Source of the DNA: a bacterium
Lineage (GTDB): Bacteria; UBA9089; CG2-30-40-21; SBAY01
DNA: 32,333 nt
Assembly (NCBI GenBank): GCA_040757115.1
Contig: JBFLYA010000015.1
Span: 1 to 32,333, forward strand
Reading direction: 5' to 3'
The first letter of the stretch is position 1; each line of letters begins with the position of its first letter. A program made the position numbers and the translations under genes. The notes below the pieces were generated by a model. The model was given only the letters and a program-made list of their open reading frames with translations, made no database searches and was not told the DNA's origin. Of this stretch, positions 1 to 9,505 are shown piece by piece.

Positions 1-27
1 GCCTATTATGAGTTTTGCTTTGGATAG
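1..27 (+). CDS. cas4: 3' end of Cas4 (partial)
   Basis: Translates AYYEFCFG*, matching the CxxCxYxxxC tail of type I-B Cas4; lies upstream of cas1-cas2. Confidence 0.7.
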   Translation, partial: AYYEFCFG

Positions 28-36
28 GAGGAGATT

Positions 37-270
37 ATGGAGCAGAATTTAGTCCAACTGTTTAAAACTCGCTGGGAAGAGGTAAAAGAGATTGAAAAAA
101 TGGAGTTGCAAAATACACCATTTCAAGAAAAGTTCCTTCATCTAATACAATTGTTTTCATTTGGGAATAAATTGGGATTTAAGACAGAAGAAGATGAAAC
201 AGTAGATAAAGTCCGCGCCAGATGGGGTTATCTAAAGGAGATTTGGTGTGAAAAAGATAAAAGCACTTGA
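37..270 (+). CDS. small helical protein, putative antitoxin/partner of the downstream nucleotidyltransferase
   Basis: 77 aa, strong AGGAGG RBS, overlaps the start of the NTase gene. Confidence 0.65.
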   Translation: MEQNLVQLFKTRWEEVKEIEKMELQNTPFQEKFLHLIQLFSFGNKLGFKTEEDETVDKVRARWGYLKEIWCEKDKST

Positions 271-817
271 ACCGTTTACTAAGGCATTGGACGCCGTTCA
301 GAAACTCTTTGAGAATAATTCATATCAATGGATGATTCTTGGTGGTATAGCTGTGAGTATATTGGGTAAGCCAAGATTTACAAGGGATATAGATGCGGTG
401 GCGTTGTTGGATATTAGTGATATCCCCTTATTTCTTGAAAGGGCAAAAGATATAGGATTAGAACCAAGAATCTCAGATGTAGAAGAATTTGCTAAAAAGT
501 CAAGGGTGCTTTTACTATACCATAAAGAGACGTGTATTCCCATAGATATCTCGATGGGGATTTTGCCGTTTGAGGAAGAAACAATCAAAAGGAGTCAGAT
601 AGTCCAAATAGGTGATTTATCCCTGCATCTTCCCACGCCTGAGGACCTGATCATCTTTAAAGCAGTAGCAGATAGACCACAGGATATAATAGATATACAG
701 GGGATAATTGAATCCCATCCACAACTGGATAGAAGGTATATCAAATACTGGGTAAAAGAATTTGCTGATGTCCTTGAAACACAAGAGATTTATGAAAGGA
801 TAAAGAAATTACTCTAA
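248..817 (+). CDS. Pol-beta-superfamily nucleotidyltransferase (DUF6036/AbiEii-like)
   Basis: Motifs GGIAVSILGKPRFTRDID and TPEDLIIFKAVADRPQDIIDI; GTG start. Confidence 0.8.
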   Translation: MKKIKALEPFTKALDAVQKLFENNSYQWMILGGIAVSILGKPRFTRDIDAVALLDISDIPLFLERAKDIGLEPRISDVEEFAKKSRVLLLYHKETCIPIDISMGILPFEEETIKRSQIVQIGDLSLHLPTPEDLIIFKAVADRPQDIIDIQGIIESHPQLDRRYIKYWVKEFADVLETQEIYERIKKLL

Positions 818-837
818 TAAATCCGTAGGAGGAATAG

Positions 838-1818
838 ATGAGCAGACCATATTACATATTTTCCAATGGTAGAATCAAACGGAAGGAAAATACCGTTTAT
901 ATTGAGAATGAGCAGGGTGATAAGAAGGCAATTCCTATTGAGGATATTGATACTATCCATCTTTATGGAGAAATAGATTTAAATACAAAGTTGTTAAACT
1001 TCCTCTCCCAACAGAATAAGACCCTTCATATATATAACTATTACGGCTTTTATGCCGGGAGTTTTATGCCCAGGGATAGAAATGTATCCGGGGAATTAAC
1101 CGTCAAACAAGTCCAATATTATCTGGACAATAAGAAACGCTATTTCCTTGCCTTTTGCTTTGTAGAAGGAGCAATATTCCATATCTTGAGAAATTTGAGG
1201 GAATATCCAAAGACAGAAGATTTCCAAAAATACATAGCCATAGAGCAATCTAAATCTTATGAGGCAAAAAACATTAGTGAACTTATGGGCTGTGAAGGAA
1301 GAATAAGGAATATCTACTATCAGGCATTTAATACCATTCTGAAAGATGATTTTACTATGGAAAAGAGAGAGAAAAGACCACCTACCAATCCCATTAATGC
1401 TCTTATCTCATTTGGAAACTCAATGATTTATTCAACGGTGCTTTCAGAGATATACCATACTCAACTTAATCCAACTATAAGCTATCTTCATGAACCAGGA
1501 GAGAGACGATATTCGTTAAGCCTTGATATTGCAGAAATATTTAAGCCGTTAATCATTGACCCAATTATTCTTAAGTTAATAAATAACCATATGATAAAAC
1601 TTGAGGATTTTGAAGAGGATGTGAATTATTGCTATTTGAATGATAGCGGCAGGAAGAAATTCCTTAAAGAATTTGACCAAAAACTAACTACCACGATAAA
1701 ACATCGTAAGATGAAGAGAAATGTATCCTACCGAACAATTATCCGGCTCGAGTGCTATAAATTGATAAAACATTTTTTAGGGGATGATGTTTATTCTCCA
1801 TTTAAGGCCTGGTGGTAA
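838..1818 (+). CDS. cas1: CRISPR-associated endonuclease Cas1, type I-B
   Basis: N-terminal YYIFSNGRIKRKENT, YNYYGFYAGSF, NALISFGN, SYLHEP, LDIAEIFKP; AGGAGG RBS. Confidence 0.97.
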   Translation: MSRPYYIFSNGRIKRKENTVYIENEQGDKKAIPIEDIDTIHLYGEIDLNTKLLNFLSQQNKTLHIYNYYGFYAGSFMPRDRNVSGELTVKQVQYYLDNKKRYFLAFCFVEGAIFHILRNLREYPKTEDFQKYIAIEQSKSYEAKNISELMGCEGRIRNIYYQAFNTILKDDFTMEKREKRPPTNPINALISFGNSMIYSTVLSEIYHTQLNPTISYLHEPGERRYSLSLDIAEIFKPLIIDPIILKLINNHMIKLEDFEEDVNYCYLNDSGRKKFLKEFDQKLTTTIKHRKMKRNVSYRTIIRLECYKLIKHFLGDDVYSPFKAWW

Positions 1819-1819
1819 A

Positions 1820-2086
1820 ATGGCGTATTTAATAGTTACTTACGATATAGGGGAAGATAGAGTAAATAAAATAAGGAAGGTTTTAAAAAAATACTTTATG
1901 TGGGTTCAGAACTCAGTATTTGAGGGAGAGATTAGTGAAGGTAAACTTGAGCAATGCAGGAATGAGTTATCTAAGATTATTGCCAAAGAGAAGGACTCTG
2001 TTTATTTTTATCGGCTTGAAAATAAACTTAATTATCGCAAGACAATCTTAGGCATAGCCAAGGAGATTACGGATAATATTTTGTAG
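1820..2086 (+). CDS. cas2: CRISPR-associated endonuclease Cas2
   Basis: YLIVTYDI...WVQNSVFEGEI...DSVYFY; start taken at ATG 1820 just after the cas1 stop, not 1784. Confidence 0.95.
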   Translation: MAYLIVTYDIGEDRVNKIRKVLKKYFMWVQNSVFEGEISEGKLEQCRNELSKIIAKEKDSVYFYRLENKLNYRKTILGIAKEITDNIL

Positions 2087-2306
2087 AGGGGAATTAATCA
2101 TTGCATTGAACCTACTTTTGGGCATAAGATGCTTGAATCCTTTATGTAGCAATAGGTTACGAATGATTTCTTTTGCATTTCAAAAACGCGATTAGAGGTG
2201 TAATGCAAGAATATTCATTTTGGGGCTATTTTGTTTCAATATCTATTAGGTTAAACCAGTTGGTAATACAAGACTTAACCAAAAGTTATGGCCATTACCC
2301 TAATAG
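2087..2306 (+). promoter_or_regulatory. CRISPR leader
   Basis: 220-bp AT-rich non-coding stretch between cas2 and the first repeat; degenerate repeats are at the opposite end. Confidence 0.8.
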
Positions 2307-5224
2307 GTTTTATCTGAACCATGTGGGATATAAAGGAGATTATCCGGATGGCTCGGGTGATTACTCAGTTTCGTTTTATCTGAACCATGTGGGATATAAA
2401 GAAAAAGAAAACCAGGGGCGAACCCTGGTGGTGGCAGCGTTTTATCTGAACCATGTGGGATATAAAGTCGGTTGGGCAACGCAAGATTGGGGGAGGCTAA
2501 GAAAGTTTTATCTGAACCATGTGGGATATAAAGTCTGAGTAGCATTGTCTATCTTCTGTTTGCCGGTAAGTTTTATCTGAACCATGTGGGATATAAAGAA
2601 ATGAAAGGAACTGGGCGGATGCTATAAAATACTCGTTTTATCTGAACCATGTGGGATATAAAGTGTAAATACTACACTTAAGTCAAGTTTACATAAGTTG
2701 TTTTATCTGAACCATGTGGGATATAAAGTCGGCATGTTTGGTAGATAGTAGGGGTAAAAGAATAAGTTTTATCTGAACCATGTGGGATATAAAGGATAAT
2801 AATAAATCATTGGTATTAGATTGGCGGAGAGTTTTATCTGAACCATGTGGGATATAAAGATGATCTTGGAGGTCTTTCTCTTTTTCTTTTTTCTCGTTTT
2901 ATCTGAACCATGTGGGATATAAAGTTGCCAGGATCTCACCACTCCCACTGAGGGGATAGCGTTTTATCTGAACCATGTGGGATATAAAGCTACAGCATAT
3001 AGGGGGGCTAACTCGATGTATATGAGTTTTATCTGAACCATGTGGGATATAAAGGTGAATGGAGACTGCGTCGCCCAGCTCGATTTTTTCGTTTTATCTG
3101 AACCATGTGGGATATAAAGCTCATTTGTTACGGGTTATGTTTAGTCCTGATACCCGTTTTATCTGAACCATGTGGGATATAAAGACCCGTGAGATTATAT
3201 CACCGCGCAGGCTCTCCCAGTTTTATCTGAACCATGTGGGATATAAAGTCCCCAAGCTTTAGCGTGGGATCGGAGCGGGGAAGCCGTTTTATCTGAACCA
3301 TGTGGGATATAAAGAATGACCAAGATAAAGAACATTTTTGGGCTATTGGGCTGTTTTATCTGAACCATGTGGGATATAAAGGTAATTAGAATTAGCCGGG
3401 GGAATTTTTTTGAGCAGATGAGTTTTATCTGAACCATGTGGGATATAAAGTGCATCAATTAAACACACAAAAGGTCAACATGCTACTGTTTTATCTGAAC
3501 CATGTGGGATATAAAGGGCAAAATAATACCTGTATCATCAATATTACCTTCAGTTTTATCTGAACCATGTGGGATATAAAGACCATCCCCTATTCAGGGT
3601 TATATCCAATGGTGCCGTTTTATCTGAACCATGTGGGATATAAAGTTTGAAGCTGTTAAAACAGCATTGAAACCTGGAGAGTTTTATCTGAACCATGTGG
3701 GATATAAAGGCGATAGGGAGTAATATAGTAGATATAGCATGGGGGTTTTATCTGAACCATGTGGGATATAAAGTTCTTAAATCTATTAGGGTTATTTCCT
3801 TAACTTTCGGTTTTATCTGAACCATGTGGGATATAAAGCAGGTAAAGTTTTTTCGGTCGATTTTTATGATGGAGTTTTATCTGAACCATGTGGGATATAA
3901 ATATTATGTGCCCACAAATCCTCTGCAAACTTTTCCTAGTTTTATCTGAACCATGTGGGATATAAATAGCATATGTGGAACGTGGACTTGCTCCATAGGA
4001 AAAGTTTTATCTGAACCATGTGGGATATAAATTATGTTATTAGAAAAGGAATTGCAAAAAGTTATTCCGTTTTATCTGAACCATGTGGGATATAAATATC
4101 TATTATATTTTCTATCTGCTTATTATGGTTTAATGTTTTATCTGAACCATGTGGGATATAAATACGCTAACATAGCCACGCCCAGTGCCACCATAACCTG
4201 TTTTATCTGAACCATGTGGGATATAAATTTTGGTCAGGTGTCAGTAAAAGACACTAACAACAAGGTTTTATCTGAACCATGTGGGATATAAATATTCAGT
4301 ACAGTGATTACTGGTTGTATTCGTTATTGGGTTTTATCTGAACCATGTGGGATATAAATATTNNNNNNNNNNNNNNNNNNNNNNNNNNNNNNNNNNNNNN
4401 NNNNNNNNNNNNNNNNNNNNNNNNNNNNNNNNNNNNNNNNNNNNNNNNNNNNNNNNNNNNNNTCTCTGGCACTGATAAGAGATGTATCTTCATCAGTTTT
4501 ATCTGAACCATGTGGGATATAAAGTTCTCAGTTCGTTGAATAATAGCTTTTTGCACAGGGGTTTTATCTGAACCATGTGGGATATAAAGAGGAATTTACA
4601 TCAGCAGGGCTAATACCAGCGGGACCGTTTTATCTGAACCATGTGGGATATAAAGCTTATTTTTGATAAGTGTATCGCAGGTCAAGTTGGAGTTTTATCT
4701 GAACCATGTGGGATATAAAGTTTAAATAATAGAGGATACCCTATTCAATTATCAAAGTTTTATCTGAACCATGTGGGATATAAAGAAAGAAAAATACCCG
4801 CATCTTCTATCCGCGGACACGTTTTATCTGAACCATGTGGGATATAAAGAAATTACTTACGAGGCGATGCTATCTGCAAAAGCGGGTTTTATCTGAACCA
4901 TGTGGGATATAAAGATTTTAAATTCATTTAGTCCGTCTGTGTCCAGGCTCGTTTTATCTGAACCATGTGGGATATAAAGTATAGGCTCTCTAATTTTTTC
5001 AAATACTTCTCTTGAGTTTTATCTGAACCATGTGGGATATAAAGTGTGTCATCCTTACTATGGAACAATGCTTCTCCAGGTTTTATCTGAACCATGTGGG
5101 ATATAAAGTTATTAATTACGATATTGTGGCTAAGTTCAGCTGGAGTTTATCTGAACCATGTGGGATATAAAGAATGGCACTTGGACGGGGACGGCGAGTA
5201 ATCCCGAGTTTTATCTGAACCATG
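2307..5224 (+). CRISPR. CRISPR array, 29-bp repeat GTTTTATCTGAACCATGTGGGATATAAA(G/T), at least 44 repeats, spacers about 35-40 bp
   Basis: 32 repeats counted before the N gap and 12 after it; penultimate repeat (5145-5172) lacks one T; last repeat (5208-5224) is truncated to 17 bp. Confidence 0.98.
4363..4462. other. assembly gap (100 N) inside the CRISPR array
   Basis: Run of N. Confidence 0.99.
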
Positions 5225-5437
5225 GAGATTGACCAGAGGTATCAAAGGATTGCATTTGAGGCATCTGTGCCAAATTCTGTTAAAAGGATACATTGGTTTG
5301 TCGATGATAAAAAGATTGCTTTGGTTGGAGCTTCCGAAAAGATATTTTACCAGCCGCAAGAGGGTAAACACAAGATTGTGTGTCTGGATGATGTCGGCAA
5401 CTCATCGGAGATTTTTATTAAGGTGATTGACAAATGA
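5222..5437 (+). pseudogene. pbpC: C-terminal (BiPBP_C-like) fragment of penicillin-binding protein 1C
   Basis: QRIAFEAS...IHWFVDDKKI...YQPQEGKHKIVCLDDVGNSSEIFIKV resembles the PbpC C-terminal domain; no RBS; ATG is supplied by the truncated CRISPR repeat. Confidence 0.65.
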
Positions 5438-5451
5438 TATTAAAAACTAAA

Positions 5452-5804
5452 GTAACTATTCACCCTGTAGGAAAGTAAGAGAGTAGGAAAGTAGGAAAGG
5501 GGAGACATTGTCCCCAGAAGAGGAATACCGTGCACATCCTTTATCCCTTTCCTACTACCTACTTGCCTACTATTTCCTCCTGAAAGTAGGAAAGTAGGAG
5601 AGTAGGGAAGTAAGAAAGGTATTATCTAATTCTATCTAAAGATCTTAATTATCTGCCAGATTTTCAATCCATTTGGGATATATCTGAAGAAGTGAGTAGG
5701 ATGCTTATAGGTTTAATCAAATCAATTAAGAGTAAAATAGTATGAAGTATTTTCCCCCTTTCCTACTTCCTACTACCTACTTGCTTGGTATGCTGAATAG
5801 TTAC
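5452..5804. mobile_element. MITE-like element with 11-bp TIRs and internal 8-mer (GTAGGAAA) inverted tandem repeats
   Basis: GTAACTATTCA (5452-5462) and TGAATAGTTAC (5794-5804); flanks AAACTAAA/AAAGGAAA look like a decayed 8-bp TSD. Confidence 0.75.
5617..5745 (+). pseudogene. C-terminal remnant of a four-helix-bundle (23S rRNA IVP-like) protein
   Basis: Manual translation RYYLILSKDLNYLPDFQSIWDISEEVSRMLIGLIKSIKSKIV*; no start codon. Confidence 0.75.
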
Positions 5805-5812
5805 AAAGGAAA

Positions 5813-7597
5813 TTAACCCTCCACTAAGTGATTTCTTGCTGTATTGAACAAATGAGGGAATTTCTTATACATTATTTCCTTGAGGACATTTTCTACTTCA
5901 TTGACGCTGTGCAATTTAAGTACTTTTTGCACTAATTCTTTTGCCTCAATAAGGCTTATTGACCGAATGACCTCTTTTACCTTCGGGATAGAGCTACTGG
6001 ACATACTTAATTCATCTATTCCCATCCCGACTAAAATAATCGTAAATAATGGGTCACCAGCCATCTCACCACACATACCTGCCCATATTCCTTGATTATG
6101 TGCAGATTCGATGGTATAATTAATAGAGCGTAAAATAGCCGGATGCGCCGGGTTGTAAAGATGAGCTAATTGTTCATTAACTCTATCTATAGCAATGGTA
6201 TACTGAATTAAATCATTTGTGCCAATGCTAAAAAAATCTACTTCTTTGGCTAAAATATCTGAAATCATTACCGCTGAAGGCGTTTCAATCATTATGCCAA
6301 GTTCTATGTCCGGAGCAAAACATACCTTTTCTGTCTTTAATTCCTGTTTTACCTCTTCAATGATTTTTTTTGTAGCTCGTAATTCTTCTAATTCTGAAAT
6401 CATTGGAAACATTATTCTTAATTTACCAAAGTTACTGGCTCGAAATAGGGCTCTTATTTGTGTTTTAAACATATTCTTATATCTTAAACATAATCGGATT
6501 GCTCGCAATCCAAGGAAAGGATTTACTTCGGTTGGAGTTCCTAAGTAAGATAAATATTTATCTCCGCCTACATCTAATGTTCTTATCGTCACAGGATATG
6601 GTTTCATTTGAGATATTACTTGTTGATATGCCTTTAATTGTTCATCTTCATCTGGTAATTCAGTTCTATCCAGATACAAAAATTCAGTGCGGTATAATCC
6701 AATTCCCTCTGCCCCTTCATCCTTTACAACATCAATTTCCTCTGGTAGTTCAATATTAGCCGCAATGTCAACTCTATAACCATCATTCGTTTGACCTGGT
6801 AAGTCTTTTAGCCAGGCTAAGCCCGCTTTAAATTCATCAAATATCTTTTTCTTTTTCTCATATTCGTTAATCGTCGCTTTATCTGGATTAACAATAACAA
6901 TACCATGACTACCATCAATAATTAGAATATCTCCGGATTTAACTCGAAATGTTATATCTCTTAATCCAACTACGGCTGGGATTTCTAAAGCACGCGCCAT
7001 AATGGCGGTATGCGAGGTTTGACCACCTATATCTGTCGCAAAACCCATTATCTTCCCTTTATACATATGCGAGGTATCTGATGGTGTTAAATTATGGGCA
7101 ACAACAATAACATCTTCCCTTAATTCTTGTAGACTAATATTAGTAGTTCCAACTAAATTTTCTAATATTCTCCGACCTATGTCATAAATATCTACTACTC
7201 GTTCTCGCATATAGTCATCTTCTAATCCAGCGATATTCTCAGTAATCATCTGCAGAACTTCCCACAAGGCATATTCTACATTGATATATTCTTTTCTTAT
7301 TCTTTCAGAAACCTCAAAGATAAGTAATGGGTCTTTTAAAATTAATAAATGAGCCTCAAAGATATTCGAATATTCTTCACCCATCTCTTCATGAACCTTT
7401 TCTTTAATCTTTACAATTTCTTTTTCAGTGCGTCCAACTGCCTCTTTAAAACTATTAATTTGATTTTCTACTTCTTCTTCAGTAATCTTTCTCTGGGTTA
7501 TCTTGAGCTTAGTTATATCTAATAAATAAGCCTTGCCGATAACAATCCCTGGTGAGGCAATTACGCCTTTAAGTTTTAACATCGATGAAGTTATCAT
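5813..7597 (-). CDS. ptsI: phosphoenolpyruvate-protein phosphotransferase (PTS enzyme I)
   Basis: GGQTSHTAIMAR phospho-His motif, GIGLYRTEF, FFSIGTNDL, GMCGEMAGD. Confidence 0.98.
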   Translation of the reverse strand: MITSSMLKLKGVIASPGIVIGKAYLLDITKLKITQRKITEEEVENQINSFKEAVGRTEKEIVKIKEKVHEEMGEEYSNIFEAHLLILKDPLLIFEVSERIRKEYINVEYALWEVLQMITENIAGLEDDYMRERVVDIYDIGRRILENLVGTTNISLQELREDVIVVAHNLTPSDTSHMYKGKIMGFATDIGGQTSHTAIMARALEIPAVVGLRDITFRVKSGDILIIDGSHGIVIVNPDKATINEYEKKKKIFDEFKAGLAWLKDLPGQTNDGYRVDIAANIELPEEIDVVKDEGAEGIGLYRTEFLYLDRTELPDEDEQLKAYQQVISQMKPYPVTIRTLDVGGDKYLSYLGTPTEVNPFLGLRAIRLCLRYKNMFKTQIRALFRASNFGKLRIMFPMISELEELRATKKIIEEVKQELKTEKVCFAPDIELGIMIETPSAVMISDILAKEVDFFSIGTNDLIQYTIAIDRVNEQLAHLYNPAHPAILRSINYTIESAHNQGIWAGMCGEMAGDPLFTIILVGMGIDELSMSSSSIPKVKEVIRSISLIEAKELVQKVLKLHSVNEVENVLKEIMYKKFPHLFNTARNHLVEG

Positions 7598-7881
7598 TCT
7601 TTTTCTCCAAATTTATCTTCGAATAATTTTGTTAATTTTTCTACCGCCTCTATAGCATCTTCGCCACGGGCATTGATTATTATTTGACTACCTTTGCCTG
7701 CATCTAAAGTTCCCACACTTAAAATACTTTTGCCATTTCTCCATCCTGAACCTGAGTTATTAACTTTTTTTACTTTAATCACTGATTGAAATTTAGTGGC
7801 AGCCTGGACGAAAATAACCGCCGCCCGGAGGTGTAACCCTAATTTATTTTCAAGTGTAACTATTTTTTCTACTGAATTCAT
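7594..7881 (-). CDS. ptsH: phosphocarrier protein HPr
   Basis: NKLGLHLRAA (His15 motif), NGKSIL (Ser46), ARGEDA. Confidence 0.92.
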   Translation of the reverse strand: MNSVEKIVTLENKLGLHLRAAVIFVQAATKFQSVIKVKKVNNSGSGWRNGKSILSVGTLDAGKGSQIIINARGEDAIEAVEKLTKLFEDKFGEKE

Positions 7882-8714
7882 AAAATAATCCTGGTTAAAT
7901 ATTTAATTTCAGAATTATAAGACCACATTCCCATTGTTTTAAAATAAACTAATAAACTTCCTATTCCCAATATGAACAAAAAGATAATCAAGGGATTGAT
8001 TCTTATTCTAATGCCAATGCCTGTGGCAATTATAATTATCAATGATGCTATTCCAATAAAATATTCTTCAACCACATCAGTTTTTATTAAACGGGCATTA
8101 AACCAGCAAAGAATACTACTTAATATCCCCAAAAAAGTTATGCCGATAATATTGAATATAGATTTAATCCGCTGAAAAGAGATTTTACTGATTTTTTCTA
8201 TCAGGTTTTCTTTAAGGCAATATCCTTTTTTTATGCCGATAAATCTCAGATATAAAGGCAAAATATTATAAATAATCAAGAAAAAGATTATTCCCCAGAT
8301 AGGGGATTTTTGTATCCAGATTAAGGTTGATGTTATCATCATTCCCAAAAGGGAGATTAAAGGGCGATATGTTGCCCAAAGCAAACTATCTCCAATTCCA
8401 GCCAGAGGCGATGTCATATATGATTTCAAAACCGAGATGTCACCCGGAGTTAATCCTTCTTTACCTTTTGATAGTTCTTCTTCTTTTGAAATAATTAAGC
8501 CACTAATTAATGTAATAAAATATGGATGCGTATTGATAAATTCTAAGTGTCGAAGAATAACTTCTTTTTGTGCTCGAGGCTGTGAATACAATTTTTTTAT
8601 CATTGGGAATATCGTATAAACAAATCCTACACTTTGCATCCGCTCAAAATTGAATATTGACTGCACAAATAATGACCTGAAAAATATCTTGAAAATATCA
8701 CCTTTAGATAGCAT
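7878..8714 (-). CDS. PTS mannose/fructose/sorbose family IID component
   Basis: FNFERMQSVGF, HLEFINTHPY, SPLAGIGDSL. Confidence 0.93.
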   Translation of the reverse strand: MLSKGDIFKIFFRSLFVQSIFNFERMQSVGFVYTIFPMIKKLYSQPRAQKEVILRHLEFINTHPYFITLISGLIISKEEELSKGKEGLTPGDISVLKSYMTSPLAGIGDSLLWATYRPLISLLGMMITSTLIWIQKSPIWGIIFFLIIYNILPLYLRFIGIKKGYCLKENLIEKISKISFQRIKSIFNIIGITFLGILSSILCWFNARLIKTDVVEEYFIGIASLIIIIATGIGIRIRINPLIIFLFILGIGSLLVYFKTMGMWSYNSEIKYLTRIIL

Positions 8715-8718
8715 AGAT

Positions 8719-9441
8719 TTAGCCTTTTATAAAAATTACAATACTTGTTAAAATAAAACCAACCACAAAATAAATAAAATACTTTCGGACACCTAAAACA
8801 CTTATTGTTACACCACAACCAAATAATAAAAGTAATGATAAAATAATGGTTAAATCAAATTTAGTGGCTAAAAGATTTGTTATTATTTTAACGGCAAATA
8901 GTCCCACGCTTATAGTCCCAATCAAGATTAAGGAATGGATAATAAAACTCATTCCTATACTTATCCAATTTATCCATTCTATCATCTGTAAATTTCCTAT
9001 TTTAATGTTAGCCTCTAATTTGTGTAAAAGGGTAATATTAACCTTTTCAAACAGGAAAAAATCAATCCATCTGGAGAAAAAACCAACAATGATTCCAAAG
9101 CACATAGATAAAATTAAAAAACTTACTTTTTCTAACAAATTAAGTGGTAGAGTAATACTACCAATACAGACTAATGAAGTAGTTGTGATACTACTTATCG
9201 CGGCATTTGGTGGAATAATAGTGCCTACTTGAAAGGTATTTATCCAGACTAATTCTAAAACAACTCCAATGATTGCCCCTAAATATAATCCTTCTTGAGG
9301 CGAGCCTTGCAATGACCCCAGTATTAATCCTAAAAAAGGCGAAACAACCAATGGTCTGGAAACCATTGTTTGGGCAATACAATAAGTATCTAAATTTATT
9401 AATCCACCAATTAATCCGGCTAATAAGATTTGAACATACAT
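8719..9441 (-). CDS. PTS mannose/fructose/sorbose family IIC component
   Basis: QTMVSRPLV, GVVLELVWI, GTIIPPN; start moved to ATG 9441 because the ORF-track start lies in the promoter. Confidence 0.88.
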   Translation of the reverse strand: MYVQILLAGLIGGLINLDTYCIAQTMVSRPLVVSPFLGLILGSLQGSPQEGLYLGAIIGVVLELVWINTFQVGTIIPPNAAISSITTTSLVCIGSITLPLNLLEKVSFLILSMCFGIIVGFFSRWIDFFLFEKVNITLLHKLEANIKIGNLQMIEWINWISIGMSFIIHSLILIGTISVGLFAVKIITNLLATKFDLTIILSLLLLFGCGVTISVLGVRKYFIYFVVGFILTSIVIFIKG

Positions 9442-9466
9442 CGCAAAATTTCTACCTTTTTGTAAT

Positions 9467-9495
9467 AGTTTATCACATTTTTTGCCAAAAGTCAA
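9467..9495 (-). promoter_or_regulatory. sigma70-type promoter of the PTS operon
   Basis: TTGACT-17 nt-TAAACT with extended TGn. Confidence 0.6.
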
Positions 9496-9505
9496 AGGAT
9501 TTTTT

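Noticed and set aside
1784-1819. Extended cas2 N-terminus
   Set aside because: Overlaps cas1; ATG 1820 gives a typical 88-aa Cas2
2173-4556. ORFs 2173-2538, 2300-2545, 3195-3458 and 4308-4556
   Set aside because: Translations of the CRISPR leader, repeats and spacers (recurring FYLNHVGYK / LYIPHGSDKT); one spans the N gap
2336-5207. Self-targeting spacers or duplicated spacers within the window
   Set aside because: None found by eye; a weak similarity of the spacer at 3646-3680 to the rhs tip is too short. Needs BLAST to exclude
5147-5426. ORFs 5147-5371 (-) and 5229-5426 (+)
   Set aside because: Shadow frames of the pbpC-like fragment
9442-9495. Longer EIIC start at 9495
   Set aside because: The TTG is the -35 box; ATG 9441 fits better
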